A stretch of 64,000 nucleotides of DNA, taken from NCBI GenBank assembly GCA_963512455.1, contig CAUPMJ010000001.1:107164-171163 (forward strand). The letters run 5' to 3'. Made by a program: the position numbers and the translations under genes. The first letter of the stretch is position 1; the number at the start of each line of letters is the position of its first letter. Below the pieces are notes generated by a model, which was not told the origin of the DNA, did no database searches, and saw nothing but the letters and a program-made list of their open reading frames with translations. Origin of the DNA: an uncultured Hylemonella sp. (GTDB lineage: Bacteria; Pseudomonadota; Gammaproteobacteria; Burkholderiales; Burkholderiaceae_C). Positions 1 to 7,517 of the stretch are shown piece after piece.

Positions 1-433
1 CCCACAGGCGGCGCGCGCGGGCGTATTCGCTGGTCGTGTAGGTCACGCGCGCCTGGGCGGCGCTGGCCTGGGCTTCGGCCCGCGCCACCTCGGCCTCATA
101 GGGCGCGGGATCGATCGAGATCAGCAGGTCGCCCTTGCCCACCAGGGTCCCTTCGTGGAAATGCTTGGCCAGCACCACCCCCGCGACGCGGGGACGGATG
201 TCCACGCGGTCGACCGCGTCGAGCCGGCCCGAGAACTCGTCCCACGCGGCGACGTCGCTTTCCGTGACCGTGGCCACCGAGACCGGCATGGGCGGCGGCG
301 CGCCCATGGGCGCGCTGGCCTGCGCGGGGGAGGATTTCTGCACGAGCGCCATCACCACGACGGTGATCGCGGTGAGGGCGGCGGTGGTGGGCCACCAGAG
401 ACGGCGGCGTGACAGCTTGGGCAGGTTGGACAT
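1..433 (-). CDS. Efflux RND-type periplasmic adaptor (membrane fusion protein, HlyD/AcrA family), N-terminal part; gene runs off the window start
   Basis: Own translation of the minus strand from ATG (complement of 431..433): MSNLPKLSRRRLWWPTTAALTAITVVVMALV...VSVATVTESDVAAWDEFSGRLDAVDRVDIRPRVAGVVLAKHFHEGTLVGKGDLLISIDPAPYEAEVARAEAQ. It has a TM anchor followed by a typical adaptor lipoyl/hairpin signature. Absent from the ORF track because no stop lies in the window. Confidence 0.8.
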   Translation of the reverse strand, partial: MSNLPKLSRRRLWWPTTAALTAITVVVMALVQKSSPAQASAPMGAPPPMPVSVATVTESDVAAWDEFSGRLDAVDRVDIRPRVAGVVLAKHFHEGTLVGKGDLLISIDPAPYEAEVARAEAQASAAQARVTYTTSEYARARRLW

Positions 434-520
434 GGTTTTTCCTTTTTGAGGGTGAGCAGGGCCGCCCCCGGCGGGTGGCCGGGGTTGGCGGGGGTGGGTG
501 GGATCAGGGGAAGGGGGCCG

Positions 521-1369
521 TCAGGCGGGCGGCGGCGCCGCGGCCTGGAAGAAGACGCGCAGGTGTTCGCGCACCTCGCCCGCGCAGGGACACTCGGTCG
601 GCGACCCGGCCAGGGAATCGGGCCAGCCGGTAGTGGGCGGCAGCATGCGGCTCGTGACGGCGATGCCCGCCGCGCGCAGGCGTTCGGCGTAAGCCAGGGC
701 CTCGTCGCGCATGGGGTCGTCGCCGCCCGTGAGGATCAGCGCGGGCGGCAGGCCGGCCAGGCGCTGCGCACGGCCGGGTACGGCGTAGGGATGCTCGGCG
801 TCCATGGGGCCGCGCAGGTATTGCTGCCAGCCATCAACCCATTTGCAGCCGGTGGCCTCGCCCAAGGTCTCGCGCAGCGAGGCCGTGGCGTTGCATGGGT
901 CCAGCATGGGCGACACCAGGATCTGACCGGCCAGCGGCGGGTGGGCGCGGTCGCGCACCATCAGCGCCACGGCAGCCGCGAGGTTGCCGCCGGCCTCTTC
1001 ACCGGCAAGGAACAGCGGCGCGCCCGTTCCGGCCAGGCGCGTGCGCTGCTTGTAAAGCCACTCCAGTGCGGTGTAGCCCGCCTCCACGGCCTGCGGGAAG
1101 CGGTGGGTAGGGGCCAACGGGTAGGCCAGCGAGGCCACCACGGCCCCCGCGCTGGCCAGCAGATCGGCCAGGCAGGCGCCGCTGTCCAGGTCGCCCGAGA
1201 TGAAGGCGCCGCCGTGGAAGTGCAGCACCAGCGGCAATGCGCTGCCGCGCACCTTCTGGCCCAAGACGCGCAATTCCAGCGGCGGCTGGCCCGGCACGGA
1301 CAGGGTCTGCACCGTGGCAGGCAGGGCGGGGGTGGGCTTTTTGGCAACCATAGACGTGACTATAGACAT
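521..1369 (-). CDS. Alpha/beta hydrolase fold-3 (HSL esterase/lipase family) homologue, apparently missing catalytic Ser and His
   Basis: ORF 521..1477(-). Start trimmed to ATG at 1369 (MSIVTSMVAKK) because the long form overlaps the divergent LysR gene. Oxyanion motif LHFHGGAFISGD and acid motif DPMRDE are present. The nucleophile elbow reads GEEAGG (codons checked at 995..1000). Confidence 0.8.
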   Translation of the reverse strand: MSIVTSMVAKKPTPALPATVQTLSVPGQPPLELRVLGQKVRGSALPLVLHFHGGAFISGDLDSGACLADLLASAGAVVASLAYPLAPTHRFPQAVEAGYTALEWLYKQRTRLAGTGAPLFLAGEEAGGNLAAAVALMVRDRAHPPLAGQILVSPMLDPCNATASLRETLGEATGCKWVDGWQQYLRGPMDAEHPYAVPGRAQRLAGLPPALILTGGDDPMRDEALAYAERLRAAGIAVTSRMLPPTTGWPDSLAGSPTECPCAGEVREHLRVFFQAAAPPPA

Positions 1370-1462
1370 GTGGCCAAAGCGGATAAAGCGGGCTGTGACC
1401 AGTTGTCTGTTTCCAATTCGTGAACAATCGGGCCTGAAACCAGCATATCCGGGAGTGAGGGC

Positions 1463-2374
1463 ATGGATCAGATCCAATCAATACGCGTGTTTGCGCGGGT
1501 GGTGGAGGCGGGCACCTTCACCAAGGCCGCGGAATCGCTGGACCTGCCCAAGGGCACGGTCACCAAGCTCGTGCAGCAGCTGGAGGCGCGTCTGAAGGTC
1601 AAGCTGCTGAACCGGACCACCCGGCGCGTGACCGTCACGCCCGACGGCGCCGCCTATTACCAGCGCACGACCCGGCTACTCAACGACCTGGACGACATCG
1701 AGGCCAGCATGACCAACGCCCAGGCCAAGCCCAGCGGCCGCATGCGCGTGGACGTGGGCACCTCGGTGGCGAGCGCGATCATCATCCCCGCGCTGGCCGA
1801 CTTCTACCGCCGCTTCCCCGACATCCAGCTTGACCTGGGCGTGACCGACCGGCCGGTGGACCTGATCACCGACAACGTGGACTGCGTGATCCGCGGCGGG
1901 GACCTGCTGGAGCAGTCGCTGGTCGCCCGGCGCGTGGGCAATGTGGCGCTGGTGGCCGTGGCGTCGCCGGCCTACCTCCAGGCGCACGGCAAGCCCGTGC
2001 ACCCGGCCGAACTTGAGCGCCAGCACACCACGGTGAACTTCTTTTCCGCCCGCACGGGCCGGCCCTACCCGCATGTTTTCATGAAGGACGGTGAGACGGT
2101 GGAGGTGGCGGGGCACTACCAGTTGTCGGTGAACGAGAGCAATGCGCTGACCGCGGCGGTGCTGGCCGGCCTGGGCGTTTCCCAGATTCCCGCGTTCGCC
2201 GCCGCGCCCCTGATCGAGCGTGGCGAGCTGGTGCAGGTGCTGGAGGGCTGGACCTGCTCCACGGTTCCGCTGCACGTGGTCTACCCGCCCAACCGGCATC
2301 TCAGCGCGAAGGTGCGGGCCTTCGTGGAGTGGGTGGCCGAACTGCTGGCCCGGCATCCCCACATGTCGTTGTGA
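1463..2374 (+). CDS. LysR family transcriptional regulator
   Basis: 303-aa ORF with ATG at 1463. N-terminal wHTH (IRVFARVVEAGTFTKAAESLDLPKGTVTKLVQQLEARLKVKLLNRTTRRV) plus a LysR substrate-binding domain. Divergent from the hydrolase homologue. Confidence 0.9.
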   Translation: MDQIQSIRVFARVVEAGTFTKAAESLDLPKGTVTKLVQQLEARLKVKLLNRTTRRVTVTPDGAAYYQRTTRLLNDLDDIEASMTNAQAKPSGRMRVDVGTSVASAIIIPALADFYRRFPDIQLDLGVTDRPVDLITDNVDCVIRGGDLLEQSLVARRVGNVALVAVASPAYLQAHGKPVHPAELERQHTTVNFFSARTGRPYPHVFMKDGETVEVAGHYQLSVNESNALTAAVLAGLGVSQIPAFAAAPLIERGELVQVLEGWTCSTVPLHVVYPPNRHLSAKVRAFVEWVAELLARHPHMSL

Positions 2375-2413
2375 CGCCGGCGCCGCGATGCCGCGCGGGG
2401 CGGCCCGGCGCGC

Positions 2414-2656
2414 CACCTAGGGACCCTCTGCAGAACCGCGCCCCCGAAGGGATTCGGCCCAGAGCAAACGCGATCGCGTTTGCGGGCCTATACGGCTGGA
2501 CCGGCGGGCACATCCGACCGGATGTGCCGACGGGCCCTTTGCCCACCAAACCGCTTGCGTGTGCCTACGGGCACACGCAAGCGGTGTTGGCGGTCAAATC
2601 ATCCCGTTTTTGACTCGAACGCGCATGGCGGGAGTTATGCAGAGGGTCCCTAGGTG
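2414..2656. repeat. 243-bp MITE/REP-like element: perfect 19-bp terminal inverted repeats enclosing four stem-loops
   Basis: CACCTAGGGACCCTCTGCA at 2414..2432 is the exact reverse complement of 2638..2656. Internal perfect hairpins or palindromes at 2464..2483, 2507..2528, 2551..2584 (15-bp stem) and 2593..2614. Lies between convergent genes. Confidence 0.6.
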
Positions 2657-2895
2657 ATCTTGAAGACGGTTCTTGTCTTCTTGGAACCCGTTTTTTCCTC
2701 GTAGGCCGCCCATTGCTTGATGCCTTTGACCAGGACCGAGGCACTGACGTCCTTGAGGGCTGACTTGGCCTTGAGCCTGCTGGTGACCCAGTCCTGCACA
2801 TGCGGCAGCGTGCTGCCTTGCTCACCCGTCGGGATGAGCAGCTCCTTGCCTGCAACGATGCCGGCCGATGTGACTTTGATCTCGGTGGCGGGCAT
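2650..2895 (-). CDS. Small hypothetical protein (81 aa)
   Basis: ORF 2650..2961(-) trimmed to ATG 2895 (MPATEIKVTSAGIVAGKELLIPTGEQG...KTRTVFKIT). Strong GC3 codon bias like neighbouring genes. Sits 70 bp downstream of, and co-oriented with, the acyl-CoA dehydrogenase. No family recognised. Confidence 0.55.
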   Translation of the reverse strand: MPATEIKVTSAGIVAGKELLIPTGEQGSTLPHVQDWVTSRLKAKSALKDVSASVLVKGIKQWAAYEEKTGSKKTRTVFKIT

Positions 2896-2965
2896 GCTGC
2901 AGGTCTCTTGTGCGTGAAGGGTGTCCGGGATTATCCACGCCAGGCTGCACCACGGTGTCATTCGC

Positions 2966-4114
2966 TCAGCCGCAGACCTTGCGCGCGATCAGGTCCTTCA
3001 TGATCTCGTTGGTGCCGCCGTAGATCTTCTGCACGCGCGCGTCGGCCCACAGGCGGGCGATGGGGTATTCGGCCATGTAGCCGTAGCCGCCGAAGAGCTG
3101 CAGGCATTCGTCCGTGACCTTGCACTGCTGCTCGGTGGTCCACCACTTGGCCATGTAGGCGGCCTCCACGTCCAGCGTGCCGTCGAGCAGGCGTTGGGTG
3201 CAGTCGTTCACGAAGCTGCGCACCACGTGCGCCAGCGTGGCACATTCGGCCAGCTTGAAGCGCGTGTTCTGGAAATCGATCACACGCTGGCCGAAGGCCT
3301 GGCGCTGCTGCGTGTATTCCACGGTGATCTCCACTGCGCGCTCGATGACCGAGGCCGCGGCCACGGCCAGCAGCATGCGCTCGAAGGGCAACTGGCTCAT
3401 GAGTTGCGCAAAACCCTGGCCTTCCGTGCCGCCCAGCAGGTTGGTCACGGGCGCGCGCACGCCGTCGAAAAACAGTTCGCAGGTGTCCGAGGCATGCAGG
3501 CCCACCTTTTCCAGGATGTTGGTTCGAAAGCCCGGCAGTTGCTCGGTTTCCAGCACGAGCAGCGAGACGCCCTTGCTGCCTTCGCCGCCGGTGCGCACCA
3601 CCACGACCAGCAGGTTGGCGGTGTAGCCATTGGTGATGAAGACCTTGCTGCCGTCGACCACGTAGTCATCGCCCTCGCGGCGCGCGCGGGTGCGGATGGC
3701 TTTGAGGTCGGAGCCGGCGCCGGGTTCGGTCATGGCGATGCCGGCGATCAGCTCGCCGCTGGCCAGCCCGGGCAGCCAGCGCTGCTTTTGTTCCTCGGTG
3801 CCGTAGTCCAGGATGTAGTGCGCGGCGATGGTGTGCACGGCCACCGTGCCGGGGATTTCGGCGCGCGCCAGTTCGTCGGCCACCACCAGCTGGTAGGCCA
3901 GGCTGGCGCCGGCGCCGCCATAGGCCTCGGGCAGTTCGGGCAGCAGGAAACCCAGTTGACCGAACGGGCGCCAGACCTCGCGCGGGATGTAACCCTGCTG
4001 GCGCCAGCCAGCGAGGTGCGGCAGCAGTTCGGCGTTGACGTAACGACGCAGCTGGTCGCGGAAGGCTTCGATGTCCGTGTCCATCCAGGGGTGGCGGTGC
4101 AGTTGCGGCAGCAT
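2966..4114 (-). CDS. Acyl-CoA dehydrogenase
   Basis: 382 aa with ATG at 4114. ACAD hallmarks: IAGIAMTEPGAGSDL, FITNG, and a C-terminal IYGGTNEIMKDLIARK carrying the catalytic Glu. Confidence 0.92.
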   Translation of the reverse strand: MLPQLHRHPWMDTDIEAFRDQLRRYVNAELLPHLAGWRQQGYIPREVWRPFGQLGFLLPELPEAYGGAGASLAYQLVVADELARAEIPGTVAVHTIAAHYILDYGTEEQKQRWLPGLASGELIAGIAMTEPGAGSDLKAIRTRARREGDDYVVDGSKVFITNGYTANLLVVVVRTGGEGSKGVSLLVLETEQLPGFRTNILEKVGLHASDTCELFFDGVRAPVTNLLGGTEGQGFAQLMSQLPFERMLLAVAAASVIERAVEITVEYTQQRQAFGQRVIDFQNTRFKLAECATLAHVVRSFVNDCTQRLLDGTLDVEAAYMAKWWTTEQQCKVTDECLQLFGGYGYMAEYPIARLWADARVQKIYGGTNEIMKDLIARKVCG

Positions 4115-4228
4115 GGGGTTCCTTCGGGGGTGGGCGGGAGGGGGCGGCGCGTGTGCTGCCGATTGTGCGACAGGCTTGCGCTGCGGTTGAAGCGGCCGGG
4201 GCCGGAGGCCGCTCGTGCTTTCCCGAGG

Positions 4229-4256
4229 TTTACATCATTCAAACAGACGTTAGAAT
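4229..4256 (+). promoter_or_regulatory. Candidate sigma70 promoter (TTTACA-16 nt-TAGAAT) overlapped by a short inverted repeat, upstream of the ArsR-rhodanese gene
   Basis: TTTACA at 4229..4234 and TAGAAT at 4251..4256. CATTC (4236..4240) and GAATG (4253..4257) are separated by 12 nt. The first ATG (4263) lies 6 nt after the -10 hexamer with no SD. Confidence 0.35.
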
Positions 4257-4262
4257 GTGCGC

Positions 4263-4925
4263 ATGAAAAAGCGCGAACTCAAGGACCTGCTCTACGAACA
4301 GGTGGCCCGCATCGGCAAGGCCGTCTCCAGCCCCAAGCGGCTGGAGCTGCTGGAACTGCTGGCCCAGGGCGAGAAGACGGTGGAGGTGCTGGCCACAGAA
4401 CTGTCCATCGGCGTCAAGCTGGCCAGCGCGCACCTCAAGGCGCTCAAGGCTGCGCGCCTGGTGGAGCACCGGCGCGAGGGCAAGTACATGGTCTACCGTC
4501 TCAGCGGTGAAGACGTGGGCCAGCTCTGGGTCACGCTGCGCCTGGTGGCCGAGGAGCATCTGGTGGAGCTGCAGCTGGCGCTGCAGAAGATGGTGGCCGC
4601 GCCCGAGCAGCTGACCCAGGCCAGCCGCAAGGAACTGCTGGCCCAGGCCAAGCGCGGCGAAGTCATCGTGCTGGACGTGCGGCCACAGGAAGAGTACGAC
4701 GTGGCGCACCTGCCCTATGCGCGCTCGATGCCGGTGGCAGAGATCGAGAAACGCCTGGCCGAACTGCCCAAGGGGCGCGAGATCGTCGCCTATTGCCGCG
4801 GCCCTTTCTGCCTGTTTTCCGAGGAAGCGCAGCAACTGCTCACGCGCAAGGGCTACCGCGTGCGCAAGCTGCTCGACGGCGTGGTCGAGTGGCAGGCCGC
4901 CGGTTTGCCGCTGGCGCGCGGATAA
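4263..4925 (+). CDS. ArsR/SmtB-family transcriptional regulator fused to a C-terminal rhodanese domain
   Basis: The ORF track starts at GTG 4257; the first ATG is 4263 (MKKRELKDLL). wHTH: SPKRLELLELLAQGEKTVEVLATELSIGVKLASAHLKALKAARLVEHRREGKYMVYRL. Rhodanese: VIVLDVRPQEEYDVAHLPYARSMP...EIVAYCRGPFCLFSEEA. Confidence 0.85.
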   Translation: MKKRELKDLLYEQVARIGKAVSSPKRLELLELLAQGEKTVEVLATELSIGVKLASAHLKALKAARLVEHRREGKYMVYRLSGEDVGQLWVTLRLVAEEHLVELQLALQKMVAAPEQLTQASRKELLAQAKRGEVIVLDVRPQEEYDVAHLPYARSMPVAEIEKRLAELPKGREIVAYCRGPFCLFSEEAQQLLTRKGYRVRKLLDGVVEWQAAGLPLARG

Positions 4926-4936
4926 GAGGAAACGGC

Positions 4937-5668
4937 ATGTTCTTCAAGCAACTGGCGAGCAAGCAAGCCTCGCTGTCCTATTTTTTCGGGTGCGCAACGG
5001 CCGCCAAGGCGGTGGCCGTGGACGTCGTGGCGGGGGATGAGCCCTGGTTCATCGAAGAAGCGAAGAAGGCCGGGGTGTCGATCACGCACGTGATCGACAC
5101 CCACGTCCACGCCGACCACTACTCCGGCGGGCGCCAGCTCGCCGCCATGCTGGGCGCGCCCTACTGCCTGCACGAGGCCGACCACGGCGTCGTGCAGTTC
5201 GACTTCGAGCCGCTGCGCGACGGCCAGAAACTGGACTTGGGCAATGTGCAGGTGCAGGTGCTGCACACGCCGGGCCACACGCCCGACAGCATCTGCCTGC
5301 TGGTCACCGATCTGCGCCGCGGCGGCGCACCCTGGTTTGTGCTGACGGGCGACACGCTCTTTGTCGGTGCCGTCGGTCGCCCGGACCTGGCAGGGCAGGA
5401 GCGCGTGATGGCGGGCCAGCTCCATGACTCGCTGCAAACCAGGTTGATGAGCCTGCCCGCCGATCTGGAGATCTACCCCGGCCACCAGGCCGGCAGCGCC
5501 TGCGGGGTTGGCCTGTCGGGCAAGCCCTCGTCCACCATCGGCTTCGAGAAGCGCTGGAACCCGGCGCTTTCCATGCGCCGGGAGGACTTCATCACTGAGC
5601 TCACGCGTGAGATCCCGCCGCGCCCGGCCGACATGGACCGCATGGTCGCGGCCAATATCGCGGCCTGA
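4937..5668 (+). CDS. MBL-fold metallo-hydrolase, persulfide dioxygenase (ETHE1/Blh)-like
   Basis: ORF 4793..5668 trimmed to ATG 4937, preceded by AAGAGGA (MFFKQLASKQASLSYFFGC). Motifs DTHVHADH, HTPGHTPDS and TGDTLFVGAVGRPDL. Confidence 0.85.
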   Translation: MFFKQLASKQASLSYFFGCATAAKAVAVDVVAGDEPWFIEEAKKAGVSITHVIDTHVHADHYSGGRQLAAMLGAPYCLHEADHGVVQFDFEPLRDGQKLDLGNVQVQVLHTPGHTPDSICLLVTDLRRGGAPWFVLTGDTLFVGAVGRPDLAGQERVMAGQLHDSLQTRLMSLPADLEIYPGHQAGSACGVGLSGKPSSTIGFEKRWNPALSMRREDFITELTREIPPRPADMDRMVAANIAA

Positions 5669-5681
5669 ACGGGGAACCATC

Positions 5682-6995
5682 GTGAGTGAATTCAGCGTGG
5701 CGCGTCACGAGGTGCAAGACTATTTGCACGGTATCCGCCACAACCTGGCGCAATTCGTCCACCAGCTGCTGCAGGTGCTGCTGGTGGGCCTGACCCTCGG
5801 CATGATGCGCACCGTGGTGCCGGCGCTGGCCAGTGCCGAGTTCGGCGTGCCCCAGGGCTCCTTCATGCTGCTGATCTCCTTTGTCGTCGCCTTCGGCTTC
5901 GTCAAGGGCACGCTCAACTTCGTGGCCGGCCGCCTGTCGGAGCAGATCGGGCGCAAGAAGGTGCTGCTGATCGGCTGGTTCAGCGCGCTGCCCATTCCCT
6001 TCATGATCCTGTGGGCCCCAAGCTGGGGCTGGATCGTGGTGGCTACCGTGCTGCTGGGCATGAACCAGGGTTTCGCCTGGTCCATGACGCAGACCGCCAA
6101 GCTCGACATCACACGAGCCGACCAGCGCGGCCTGACCATCGGCCTGAACGAGTTCGCCGGGTATGTGGGCGTGGCGATTGCCGGCATCGTCACCGGTTAC
6201 ATGGCCACCGCCTTCGGCCCGCGCCTGGGCTTGCTGATCTTCGGCGGGGTGGTGATCGTGGCGGCGCTGCTGCTCACGCTGTTCTTTGTGAAGGAGACGC
6301 TGCCCTGGGCCCAGGCCGAAGGCGCGCGCCATGCGGCCGGCAAGGCCAGCGGCCCGGTGCCGCGTTTTCCCCTCAACGTGCCGGCGCAGCCGAGCACCTG
6401 GGAGATTTTTGCCCTGATGAGCTGGCGCGACCGCCGCCTGGCCGCGCTGTGCCAGGCCGGCCTGGTGGAGAAATTCGTCGACGCGCTGATCTGGGTGTTC
6501 TACCCGGTCTTCCTCTACCAGCAGGGCCTGAGCCTGCCGCAGGTGGGCTGGGTCATCGGCGTCTACGGCTTCGTCTGGGGCGGTTCGCAACTGTTCACCG
6601 GCAAGCTGTCGGACCGCATCGGGCGACACCTGCCCAACGTGGCCGGCATGTGGCTCTGCGGCGCCGGCGTGGCCATGATGCTGCTGGGCTCGGGCGTGGC
6701 CTGGTGGTCGCTGTCGGCGGCGGTGTCGGGTCTGGGCATGGCGCTGCTGTATCCGAACCTCTCCGCAGCCGTGGCCGACATCTCGCATCCCCGCTGGCGC
6801 GGCTCGGCCATCGGCATCTACCGCTTCTGGCGTGACCTGGGTTATGGCCTCGGCGCGCTGGGCCTGGGTGCGGTGGCGCATTTCACCGGCCACATGGAGG
6901 GCGCCTTCTGGTTCGTCGCCCTCTCCATGGCTCTCTCGGGCGGCCTGCTGTGGCTGCTCGGTGAAGAAACCCACCCGCGGATCAACCCCGCCTGA
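5682..6995 (+). CDS. MFS transporter
   Basis: In-frame GTG at 5682, 13 nt after the previous stop. About 12 hydrophobic segments, with the MFS loop motif GRLSEQIGRKKVLL and a second-half repeat GKLSDRIGRH. Confidence 0.85.
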   Translation: MSEFSVARHEVQDYLHGIRHNLAQFVHQLLQVLLVGLTLGMMRTVVPALASAEFGVPQGSFMLLISFVVAFGFVKGTLNFVAGRLSEQIGRKKVLLIGWFSALPIPFMILWAPSWGWIVVATVLLGMNQGFAWSMTQTAKLDITRADQRGLTIGLNEFAGYVGVAIAGIVTGYMATAFGPRLGLLIFGGVVIVAALLLTLFFVKETLPWAQAEGARHAAGKASGPVPRFPLNVPAQPSTWEIFALMSWRDRRLAALCQAGLVEKFVDALIWVFYPVFLYQQGLSLPQVGWVIGVYGFVWGGSQLFTGKLSDRIGRHLPNVAGMWLCGAGVAMMLLGSGVAWWSLSAAVSGLGMALLYPNLSAAVADISHPRWRGSAIGIYRFWRDLGYGLGALGLGAVAHFTGHMEGAFWFVALSMALSGGLLWLLGEETHPRINPA

Positions 6996-7023
6996 ACCGA
7001 TTCAAACTGAAGGAATGAAATCC

Positions 7024-7482
7024 ATGAAAAAACTACTGACGATTTCTCTGTTCGCGCTGTCTGCCGGTGTGGCCAGCCTGCCGGCTCATGCCGACGACAA
7101 AGCCACCATCGATGCCATGGAGGGCTACTTTGAATTCGTCGACTACGGCGGCGCCACCATCTTCCCCGAGCAGATCCCCAAGGACGACTGGAAGAAGTTC
7201 TTCGTCATTGACGCGCGTGACGCCGGCCAGTACCGCAAGGGCCACATCCCCGGCGCGCACAACATCGAGTGGCGCCAGGTGCTGGCCAAGCGCAACGAGA
7301 TCCCCAAGGACAAGCCGGTGCTGATCTATTGCAACCAGGGCACGCTGTCGGCGCAGGCTGGCCTGGCGCTGCGCCTGGCGGGTTACGAGAACGTGCGCAT
7401 CCTGCAGGGTGGCATGAGCGAGTGGAAGGCCAAGGGCGGCTTCGACGCAGCGGCCCAGGCCGGCGGCGCGCCCAAGCACTGA
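7024..7482 (+). CDS. Secreted (periplasmic) single-domain rhodanese sulfurtransferase
   Basis: Start at ATG 7024 (MKKLLTISLFALSAGVASLPAHA/DD signal peptide); the alternative ATG 7015 has no room for an SD. Rhodanese core FVIDARDAGQYRKGHIPGAHNI...VLIYCNQGTLSAQ with an active-site Cys. Confidence 0.85.
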   Translation: MKKLLTISLFALSAGVASLPAHADDKATIDAMEGYFEFVDYGGATIFPEQIPKDDWKKFFVIDARDAGQYRKGHIPGAHNIEWRQVLAKRNEIPKDKPVLIYCNQGTLSAQAGLALRLAGYENVRILQGGMSEWKAKGGFDAAAQAGGAPKH

Positions 7483-7517
7483 ACGGCCGGGTGCTTCGAC
7501 GCGGTTTTGAACAGGCC

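Noticed and set aside
2921-4510. 529-aa plus-strand ORF
   Set aside because: It runs antisense to the well-supported acyl-CoA dehydrogenase. The translation is low-complexity and Ala/Gly/Arg/His-rich with no motifs, a typical shadow frame of a high-GC gene.
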